The notes below the pieces were generated by a model, which was given only the letters and a program-made list of their open reading frames with translations, searched no databases and had not been told where the DNA came from. Below, piece by piece: positions 53,511-64,000 of a DNA stretch of 64,000 nucleotides. Numbering within the stretch: the first letter of the stretch is position 1; each line of letters begins with the position of its first letter. A program made the position numbers and the translations under genes. Source of the stretch: Antedon mediterranea. Its lineage: Eukaryota > Animalia > Echinodermata. The stretch lies in contig NC_092679.1 in NCBI RefSeq assembly GCF_964355755.1, positions 17,529,432 to 17,593,431 of the forward strand, written 5' to 3'.

Positions 53511-54677
53511 TTATTCACCCTTTACATCTAGTGCTACCATGTCGCCACTCTGAGAACTCTTCTTGCTCGGTTCACTTGCGTCTTCCATCACCTCAACAGC
53601 ATCACCACTATCCTCCGCTGGCTCGATCTGATTTGAATCGGTGCAGACGATAAGAATTCTGTAAGCCTGCAACATTATGACTAGAATGTTTTTGCACGTG
53701 AAGAAAATCATCATTTGGTTGACAACGTTATGGTGGATAAGAAGATAAAGCCTCATCACCAGGAACGGTCCATCCTGCATCAGTAGCGTGATCGACAACG
53801 CCCATATCTCATTCTCGCAGCACAGACACGCTCGACAAATGTATATCTTCTTCGTCTTTCTAAACATTCGCACCTTGGCGCCGCTGACGGACGTTAGCAC
53901 GAGCGTAAACTGGAGTAGGCTCCAGGCCCAGAGGCCTAGAATCATATAGATGAGTACAGCATTGCATTTCACATTGTCTTCTTTTAAATTTTCAATTGAA
54001 AATTCAAGAATGTCAGCTGCCATGCCGATGTAGACGAGTAAAAGTTGCGATAGTTGATCACGTGTCAGTTCCCCTTTTGGAAGCAGCCATCGTCCCAGAA
54101 CCAAAAGACACAGTAATATTTGTTCAAGTGCGAGCACCCAATCACTTTCACTCAACGATATGGGTATGGTTACCTGTTTAAAGTAAACAATTAATTACTT
54201 TGCATTTCAAATTTTATTTTTGAAGCAGCCATTTTAAGATTCCATTCATCTTACGAGTGCGGAGTTGTTTGTTTCGCAGTAAATGCCCCTGTATATAGTT
54301 AGTGCCCAGTGGCGGATTCAGAATGTTTAAAAATAGGATGGAGGAATGTTTATCTTTGGAATTGTATTTTGTACACGTAAGTGGTTGGGGTGCCTTGGAT
54401 CACCGTGTATAGGTCTACATTAATGTTTAACTCTGAATCCACCCATGTAACATAATGCACATTATATCGTACTGACAAATTAGTGCTGTAAAAAATAAAT
54501 TAATGACGTACCCCGTTAACTTCTGAAAGGGCCACAGTGCTGTCATTTGCATAGCTGACACATTCGTCCCATCCCTGTTCATCACGATAGTCGATCCGGT
54601 TTTCATACAGTTGTAACTCCAGTAAGTAGATTCCGGGAACGACACTTGCTAGGTACAGCAACACACTTGGACAAAAC
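53511..54677 (-). CDS. TMEM26: Transmembrane protein 26-like, last two coding exons; canonical first exon not found in the window
   Basis: Exon 54677-54512 (FCPSVLLYLASVVPGIYLLEL) and exon 54173-53511 (GRWLLPKGELTRDQLSQLLLVYIGMAADILEF..WSLLQF..QDGPFLVMRL..NQMMIFFTCKN). GT-AG boundaries in consistent phase. Confidence 0.93.
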
Positions 54678-55204
54678 CTAGATATAATAAAAACAATAAT
54701 ATAATTGTTTCTGACTGTATTGTAAGTTGTGTGTTTTTAAATGTCAATAATAAAATAATTTATGATATGTATATATATATTTTCAATTCAATTCAATTCA
54801 ACTTTTATTACAGACAATTGTCCATATGGTATAATACATTACACACAAAAAATGAAGGAGAGAGGACCAAAACTTTTATCTATTGGTATATAATGCCTCT
54901 CTCCATTTGTAGTACATGTTTGAATCAATCAACAAATATTTATATATACAAATTAACATTCTGTTTTCGCTTTTCATTATTCTTGTAAGAAATCGGTAAG
55001 TCGAAATCCTTAAATATTCATAAAATGATGGAATATTGTTTTCCACAAACAAATTCCTCGCACTAACAAATATATAAACCATTGTTAATAATTTTAATAA
55101 TACTTTGTTGGCAAGTATATACTTTATTTTGTATTATGATATATACAGTATATTCAATCTATTGTCTATTGATATACACCTTTAAAATGATCAATTTTGC
55201 AGTA

Positions 55205-55523
55205 TTGTTTGTTTGTTTTATCTTTATACTGGGTGACCTCTTCAGTCAAAGACTGATCTCCCAGAGGGCCCAGTTGATGATCAGTGGCTGTGATGTACTA
55301 ATACACAGGGGTAACCCCCTACTCGTCTCGAAAGATGTACTAGGTTCTTTAAAGTGCACACGAGCAAGTTGTGTACACTGGACCTACGGTTTATAGTCCT
55401 TATCCGAGAAGACTCGTTCTACCACCAGAACCATGGAGTGAGTGAGCCTCGAACTCGAACCCCTGCCGATGTTATGGCTACGTGATTACGGTTCCACTGT
55501 CTTAACCGCTCGGCCACTCACTC
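55205..55523 (-). mobile_element. tRNA-derived SINE with Deu/Nin-like central domain
   Basis: Minus strand: A box TGGCCGAGCGG, B box GGTTCGAG, core CTCGGATAAGGACTATAAACCGTAGGTCC..GCACTTTAAAGAACC..GAGTAGGGGG, (AAAC)n tail. Confidence 0.8.
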
Positions 55524-55634
55524 ACTCACAACTATCAATCAGGACTTAATCATTTAATGATTAAGTCCTGATTGATAGTTGTGAGTGAGTGAGTGGCAGG
55601 TGTATATACTTAATGATTAAGTATATACACCTGC
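55513..55634. repeat. Two abutting perfect palindromes (42-bp and 19-bp arms)
   Basis: 55513-55554/55556-55597 and 55596-55614/55616-55634, each with a 1-nt spacer; checked base by base. Confidence 0.95.
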
Positions 55635-56647
55635 TCTTCAATAGTTTTCGATCACATACTGCCGTAAGTAATTTACATACGAATGGACACAGACGGTTAA
55701 TTAGAATCTGAAAACAAAAGCATGACAACAATGGCTTCAACCGGTGAAGACGTGCTTAACCCACTATAGCTCCTGTGATTTTCAATTTTACAATTGTACC
55801 TATGTTGGTCCTATGTAGTGTCACTCTTCGCAAATGCATTGAACAACTCCAACCTGCCAGAAAATCTATGTCACAAACATATTACTTTTCAATTAAATGA
55901 AAAGGTACGGTAAATATTGAAGAGGAATGCGAGGATTTCCATTTTTCGATTGCTGTATTGAGGTTAAAGATTAAATTAAGGAAACACAATTACAACTATT
56001 GACCATTGACATGATAATGAGTTTTCATAACTGGAGAAGGAGAACTTGACCAACCCGAACAAGCTAGCGAAAGTTAACGTATTCAATGGCGATACTTAAT
56101 CGATTATCGGACAGAAGCCAGAGAGGTTGATGCATATTTCTTAAACAGTAACGATGTCATACAGCCATTATTGAATAATAATAATAGAAACAAAACACAA
56201 TGACACAATACATACTACCTCTGTGGATATCTTTTGGAGCTTTCTGATCAAAGCTTCAAGTCTATGGATGATACGCGACAATGTCATGACGCAAGGATTG
56301 GAATATAGCTGCCTTGCTCATCTTCATTTGAAGTTTCGGTAAGAGACATACATATTCACAATTTAACAACTTTTCATTTTTAATCATTTCTTATTTTACC
56401 AGGGCAATTAGTTGTTCAAAGGTTTTTAAACTACGTAGTCAACCGCTCCCATGGTGATTTCATTAAATAGGTTCTTCCTAGGGTCCTACTAAACACCACC
56501 GGGTACCACCGGAAAACTACCGGAGCCTAATCGACAATGTTGCATGGGATTTAGACTTTTAACTCACACAAATTGCAAGAAAAGGTTTTTTTGATGAAAT
56601 GTGTTCTTTAGACCCTACTGAACACATTTATCAACGTTAGGACATTT

Positions 56648-57622
56648 TTCGACAACAGGAAGTAGCCTAATTTGCATAATTAAAAATGGCGGCCATTTTT
56701 AATAACGTACTATGTATCTTGGAAACCGCTAGTCACAGATACTTAATTATAATGTTAAAATCGTTAGAATATATGTTTTTATATTCACTTTAATGAAAAA
56801 GTTTGTCCAAAAATGAATGGAAGTGCTATTTCTAACATTATTGACCTTTGACCTTGATTTATCATATCTCAGCAACCACTAATCGGAGATATACAAATTA
56901 GGGCTTAAATTGTTCAGAAACTACACATTTATATCCAGTCTAATGGCATGTTTTTGCAAAAAAATGGCGGATTCTAACATTATTGACCTTTGACCTTGAT
57001 TTATCATATCTTAGCAACCACTAATCTGAGAGACACACAATATGGCTCAAGCTGTTCAGAAACTACATATTTATATTTAGTCTAATGGCATGTTTTGGCC
57101 AAAAATGGCCGATTCTAACATTATTGACCTTTGAACTTTGCACTACATAATATCGCATAACTTTGAAAATATTGTACATATGAAATTATTTTTAGTGTCA
57201 AATTATTCAGAACATACATGTTTCTATAGAGTCCAATGACACATTATGTCCAATAATGACCTATTGTATGGTTATTAACATTTGAACTATATTTGAAAAG
57301 GATTTTAAACCCGGAATCTTCTTCATGTAGGCATTCATTAGAATGAATTGTTTCTGAACAATTTAAGCCCTAATTTGTATATCTCCGATTAGTGGTTGCT
57401 GAGATATGATAAATCAAGGTCAAAGGTCAATAATGTTAGAAATAGCACTTCAATTCATTTTGGACAAACTTTTTCATTAAAGTGAATATAAAAACATATA
57501 TTCTAACGATTTTAACACCATAATTAAGTATCTGTGACTAGCGGTTTCCAAGATACATAGTACGTTATTAAAAATGGCCGCCATTTTTAATTATGCAAAT
57601 TAGGCTACTTCCTGTTGTCGAA
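56648..57622. mobile_element. Fold-back element with ~274-bp inverted arms and internal ~142-bp subrepeats
   Basis: 56648-56921 is near-identical in reverse complement to 57350-57622. TTCTAACATTATTGACCTTTGA occurs at ~56830, 56972 and 57113. Confidence 0.85.
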
Positions 57623-57818
57623 GATTGCGTGTACTATCTATAATAACGTGTACAGATTATTGTAACAAATCATAATTTCTTGTGTCGTATGTCACATTGT
57701 TTTTCCCTGTACATATAGTACCTTAACCTGAACAATCCATGAACAAATTAATTAATAATATATATATACAGTATATATATTTTATGTCGCATCTGGTATT
57801 CGATTTGCAGATGATGAC

Positions 57819-59400
57819 ATGCGTTCTCGTTGGAACGCTGTCCTTCACAAAAAAGCTTGTCAACTCAATGAGATCCAAATTGGCAATTGCCGCAAAATCC
57901 TCACTGAGTTTGAACTAAGAACTAAGAAGTTGAAAAGAGAACTTCCTGCATCCGAGTTTCAAAACAAACTCAGGATTATCGCCAATGATTGCCGTAAGCA
58001 ATCAACGGCAATGGCCCGAAGGGGACATCACAAATTTGGTCTACCTGCAGACTTGGTCATTTCAACACAAATGACTCTACCTTCGGATGATTTCAGGGCT
58101 TTTAGGAAACCCTGCAGAAGGTTCGTTCGGACTTATAACAAGAATCGGAGCAACACCTCTGATTCAGTTGTTGAAATTAATTGCCGACTTTCCGAAGGAG
58201 AGAAAACACTTATTTCCCGAGGACTTAAATTCTGCCCAAAACCAAGGCAGGTCGGCGCACAACAACTATCTTTGGATATGGAGTCTTTCTCCAGAAGATT
58301 ACGATTACGTGAACATTTTGCTGATTCAGACAGCAGCACCACGCAAAACGAAGGCAACGCTAACAAATTTAAACCAAAAAGTTCCTGGAATCCACCTAAA
58401 AATCGTTGTCCAGCTTTAGAAACATTTATTTAGGCTGTTGAGGAGGATGTACAAAACTACGTCCCGAGTCCAGATAAACGTGACAATTTCTCAAAACAAG
58501 AGAGGCAGGCCATTGCCAAATTGCGTCAGCGTAATGATATTATCATTAAACCCGCTGATAAAGGTTCTGCCACTGTTGCCATGGACATCAAATTTTATGA
58601 AGAGGAGTCCTTAAGACAGCTAAACAATCCTCTTCATTATCGTAAACTTACAATGGATCCCACCCCGGAAATTGCGGATAAGGTGGCCAAATCTGTTTCT
58701 GTGATGGTAAAAAAACACTCCATCGATCCTAAGATTGGACCTCATTTGGCACAGGTCAATCCAGTTCCAGGCAGATTTTATTTCCTACCTAAAATCCACA
58801 AAGCAGGCAATCCTGGTAGACCCATTATTTCGGGCAATGGCACTGCTACAGAGAAAATTTCTGAATATGTGGATGATTTACTTAGACCATATGTGACTGA
58901 TCTCCCTTCATACATTCAGGACTCCACGGACTTTATCCGCAAAATTAACCAAATTCAAAATTTACCTAATAATTCTGTTCTGGCTACATTAGATGTTTCA
59001 TCATTGTCCTAATATCCCTCATGAAGAAGGAGCCGACGCATGTATTTTAAATTACAAACAAATTCCAGACAAAACGCCTACTATAAGCTCATTTACGAGA
59101 ACTGGTCATGTTGATTTTAACCAACAACAATTTTATTTTTGGAAATGACCATTACCTTCAAATTCATGGCACAGCGATGGGCACAAAAATGGCGCCATCT
59201 TTTGCAAATTTATTTATGGGACAATTTGAGGCCAATTTTCTGTCCCTCCAACCAAATAAACCACTTGTTTGGTTTAGATACATTGACGACATCTTCATGA
59301 TCTGGACCCATGGTGAAGATAATTTGGAATCTTTTCTTCTCAATATTAATTCAGCCCACCCAACTATCAAATTTACAGCTACCAAATCCACTAGTAGCGT
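57819..59400 (+). mobile_element. Penelope-like element reverse transcriptase, disrupted and 3'-truncated
   Basis: Motifs LISRGLKFCP, IIIKPADKG, FYFLPKIHK..PGRPIIS, LDVSSL, GTAMGTKMAPSFANLFM, WFRYIDDIF and HPTIKFT. In-frame TAG at 58431, frameshift at ~59008, no GIY-YIG domain. Confidence 0.92.
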
Positions 59401-59498
59401 AATAATAATATATATATATATCTTTATCGTTTCAAATTAATTAATTAAATTTCAGTATATCACCGGGCGGTTTAGAATTAATGTTCTTTGCCTCTTGT

Positions 59499-59501
<3 letters not shown>

Positions 59502-59569
<68 letters not shown>
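59502..59569. repeat. (TA)n microsatellite
   Basis: Uninterrupted TA run of ~34 units. Confidence 0.97.
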
Positions 59570-59574
<5 letters not shown>

Positions 59575-60461
59575 TATATAAGTAATTTTAACGAACATGT
59601 GATGCTAGCCAATGAAAGTCTCATGTAGTGATAGCACAAATCAAAGATCGGAAGAATCTGGTTTCCGATTTATTGGATTTGCTAATGTGCCTGATGGCTG
59701 TAGGCCTATATAAAACATTATCATTATGAATGTTGTACATCGTACAATACTAAGCAAAAGTTGCAAGTGCATACTATTTTTTTAACCTAATGTACAAAAG
59801 ATTGAGCCATGCGCTAGTATTTTACAAAGGCTTTTTAATTCATATGAATCCGCTCTGTTTTTCCATTTAACACTGTATATTCTGTCAATTGATTTCTAAC
59901 ATCTTAGAATTTATATTTTAAATAGTCTTTCACCTCGGCTGCTGACGTGCTTAAAGGCTTAATCTAATGTGTTTTTATACACATTTAACATCACTTTTCA
60001 ATCAATTATTTAGATTTAACACATAGGTTTAGTGCCATAACAAAAAGTCAATTTTCATGCTTAAACCCCAAGAGCAAAAGTACAACACGTACGTGACTTA
60101 AAACCGTAGTAGGCTTCTTGTAACATTTCTGGCTTAGCTGCTGCACAACCGCAACATACTAACAAAACGTACACTTAAATACAGTAAACAATCCCACCGT
60201 AGCGAATAGCAACTACAGTTTAGTACGTTTTTTTATATCAAATTATAACATAATAATAATAACAATTACAATGCATGCCATCTTTATTACAATAGGCATT
60301 GTATCTGATTAGATAATCGTATCAGTATGTTATAGTCATTATACTTAAATATTTTAAAGCTTAAGCTTCCTTTTCTCATTTATTATGTATTATTTTAGAA
60401 AAGGTTATCTGTACTTTTGTTTTTATTTGAGAAATACAATTTATTATTGATATTATAATAA

Positions 60462-61735
60462 CTAGATGGTACGCTCGCTTCGCTCGCGTACCATCTAGGT
60501 CGTGCCCACAGCAGATGGTTCTCGAATACACAGTAATTTCAGCGTAACAAAACTGGCGATTTCAAATGTACGTACCGCAGGACTATAATACATTGTCGTT
60601 TACAGAAACGAATAAATAGACACGATGATTTATGTAGTCAACTAAAATTAGCACCCTGGAAATTACTTCCGAAGGAGAAACTTACCACAAAATGAGTCCA
60701 AATTTTTGAGTTGGTGTTTTGTATGTAACATTAGGGTTGAGGGATGGGAAAGCGGATAGGTACAAAGAGGAACAATTTTTAAATATATTCTTTATCCACT
60801 CAGTAACGAAATATTTTTTTCATGTTTTATAGGCCTATAAATAATATACCTCTAAATACAGTAAAACACTTTGTTAAAACTGTCACTGTCATAATCGATT
60901 GAAATATTAAAGTACATGTCACGATACACCACTACGACGTTTATATTATTGGTAATTATTAATTAATACAAACGTTGAGAAGGAACTGTCAGTATAAAGT
61001 TTATTTGTATATCTAACAGTAGAGCCTATCTACAATCTCAGTAATAAAATTTATTTGTATATATTTTTTTATTACATCTAACAGTACGAACATTCTAAGA
61101 AATGCTCGATTCAAATGAGGACCAAAAATAGTTAATAGGTATTTACAGTATTGTCAAAGTATTGCAAGTTTATTCTCAAAGGGCCCATATATTTACCTAC
61201 CGTATGTGTTAAACCAAGGGCTCATAAATTTACCTACTTGTGTTAAACCAAACTCTGGCAGACTGAGAGATTGGGATGTTCCATTCATCGCAAATCAATA
61301 CATTTGTATAATCGTATATTAAATCTATCAAAATAGTATTTTTTAAGAAAATCGGCCTTTCTTCAACATTATGATGCTGTACTCTAGCTGTTCAACCGGT
61401 TTTCAGCTATTAAAAACAATTATCGTAGGAGGAGATAGGAAAATGCGAAGCATCCTCGCATTTTTGTGGCGGGTATTTTTCAAGATGGACATCCATTAGA
61501 CAGTGTATACCACGATCGGAAAACACCCCTATTTGGGGCAAATCGTTGAACCTAAATTCGTTTTAATCGTCAATAACTAATTATCTAACTTAAGTTAATT
61601 AGTAAACAGGGTTACATCAGGTGGTTAAAATCAGTACCGAAAGTACGAACCAACTTTATATACCATCGAGTAAAAATTCTAGAAGTAAAAGGCGTGATTT
61701 ACCGAATTTTGCCCTTACGTAAATTTATATATAGA
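60462..61735 (-). mobile_element. Non-autonomous Helitron
   Basis: Minus strand starts A|TCTATATATAAA (61735) and ends in a 13-bp-stem GC-rich hairpin closing with CTAG|T (60462); AT target, no TSD. Confidence 0.7.
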
Positions 61736-62895
61736 TGTACAGTAGTATTATATTAACGGGACCACACAAAGTGTCTAAAATTATAGGATGTGTAGTCTGG
61801 TAGTGATAACAAGGCCATATACATGGCTGCAGTCGCGTGCTCAAGTTAGTGTTTCCGACCAACCAACCGACCGACATAGTGAGCTGTTAGTGTCGCGTTG
61901 CACGCGATTAAAAACCCCTTGCGTTTCACGGGAAAGTGTGCCCTTAGTAAAGATGTACACTGAATAAGGAGGGCTTCTGATTGCTCTAAAAAATAAACAT
62001 AACTAACAGTGACTTGTTTAACAGTTAGCCTATTTATAATAAAACATACGTAATATAATCAAGGAATCAACAGCCTTCCGTGATATATAATAAATGCAGG
62101 GTCACTGTGCTCGTGGTTTTGCAGTAACTCATGGCGATCGATACTAACCGTTAAGTTGTTTATCAGATCCACAAATTAATTACTAACATTATATTCATAT
62201 TAATTAAATTGATATCATATAATCAGTCATGTTTAATGAAGAAGAAAAGGTAATGGTTGCCAGACCACTTGTAGCAAACGACAACAGCAAATAATAGCGG
62301 TACGGTAGAGGATATTGTTGTTTGTAGAAGCCTATGACCTGAAAAGACCAAGCCTATTACATTAGCCCATTAAACCGATATTATCGATTTGTCACAGAGC
62401 TATGTGTATTAACGTTGATTTGTTTAGTAATGATATCCGTTTTACATTGGGCCTGTCGTGTTTGATCATTCTTAACTTGTTCATACTTCCCAGAAAATAT
62501 ACATCCTGAGACGTACACACTTTTTAATTAGGCTTAATAATTTCTCCATAACTTGAAATATGATCAATAACAATATCATATTTTCTTGCAATTTAATTTT
62601 TTTATGACTTTGCATAAATAAATCTTTTGTTCACCACTGTCTCGAAGTTATTACTAATGTGGTTGCACATTTTAATTAACAATAACAATTCGTTAAACCC
62701 GGATTTTTAGTGGTTTACCTTGTCCATGGATCTTGGAATATAGTTCTTTGTGATCGACTTAAATTAGGCCACCTATTGAATATATTGAGTTGTCTTACAT
62801 TGCTTACTGAAATAAACATTTACATTCAAATAAAGATTAGGCCTACGTTAATGATAAATTGATGTCTTTTAGTAGTACTATACATTCTTTTTCAT

Positions 62896-62963
62896 CAACA
62901 TCCACAACATTTACCAACATCCACAACATTTACCAACATTTACCAACATCCACAACATTTACC
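62896..62963. repeat. Short minisatellite (CAACATCCA/CAACATTTAC)
   Basis: Repeated CAACAT-based units. Confidence 0.7.
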
Positions 62964-64000
62964 GTATCCATACATAACCCTGCGTATGAAAAGTTGCCTA
63001 ATGTGGTTATTACAATGTATCCGTGGTTTACTAATAAGGTAATACATTATTATTTTCTTAAACCATGCTTAACCCATTATGTAACACCGTCATTTTCTTA
63101 AAATTGGCGTACGTTAATGATAAATTCAAATGACTTTTACAGTACATCATTCTTTTTATCAAAATCCATTGAACAACAGTGAAACGTTGCGGCAGTGTAA
63201 CCCACTGAATGCGGTTACATAAAGCCATTGGTATTCGCGGTTTATTAATAAGTGTAGACGATGGTTCTCGGAATGATAATGTTCTCCTTATACATTTTCT
63301 GTCGGTTACCATTATTAAAATGTTTGACATTCGTAAAACTAAACTACTTTGTTTCACAGTGTTTGAGATGATTAATAACATTTTAAAGTATAGTTTTTAT
63401 TGTTTGGTAGGGCCCTTTGGGGAGGCGGAGGTCATTTGAGGGAGGTGCTTATTCGAGGGATATATGTTACATTTTTTAGTTTTAATAATATGGTAGCATT
63501 TATAATCAAATGAAATCCTCTAATAGATATGAAAAGTGGTAAAAAAGAATAACAAATGCTTGGTAAATTGTAGATAACAGTGCGGTGAATTCTACTACAA
63601 ATAGTATAATTGTGTTATTATAAATATGTGGATGGACGTTTATTAGATAGTTGGGTGGGGGGGGGGGGGTTTATTATTGTGATGTTTTATTGGAGAGGCG
63701 TTTATTCAAATGAATACCATCCTAATAATTATTAATACATTCTTTAATTTAATCATCTTTTGAAACTAACTGCCGTGGGCCTAAGAAAGAAGACATTACG
63801 GCTTGCAACATGGGCAGACATCTCGGTCCTAACGGGACACAGGAAGATAGCCTACAGTTATTCCTGCAAGCTTACTCTTAATAAAACTCAGCTATCGGGA
63901 TTTCACTCGAAAAATGTCTTATCATCAAATCTCCCAATATATTCTGATTCTTTATGGCGTATATTTAATTTGATCTTTATTAATTTGCAGTATAATTTCT

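Noticed and set aside
55440-55523. tRNA gene
   Set aside because: A/B boxes lead into a SINE body and tail; no clean cloverleaf.
58431-58433. Programmed readthrough of the TAG in the Penelope ORF
   Set aside because: Further frameshifts and truncation indicate simple decay.

Overview
AT-rich animal genomic DNA with spliceosomal introns, probably an invertebrate deuterostome such as an echinoderm (inferred from EMAP- and SPEC3-like genes and a Deu/Nin-like SINE). Bases 1-11k hold the 3' half of an EMAP/EML WD40 gene, with a pair of apparently mutually exclusive 96-nt exons, one ending in a GC donor. Bases 12.2-46.7k hold a cluster of three divergent SPEC3/stum-family paralogs with identical exon phases. 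The cluster is caught in an essentially identical ~16-kb head-to-tail duplication (12155-28919 / 28917-44884). This gives two copies of paralogs A and B, one full paralog C and an orphan, splice-compatible C first exon. Bases 53.5-54.7k hold the last two exons of a TMEM26-like gene on the minus strand. Upstream of these are a SINE with two perfect palindromes, a fold-back element, a broken Penelope-like RT and a non-autonomous Helitron. Harbinger-type MITEs are scattered throughout. All calls are by eye, and homology statements are from recall of the families, not database searches.
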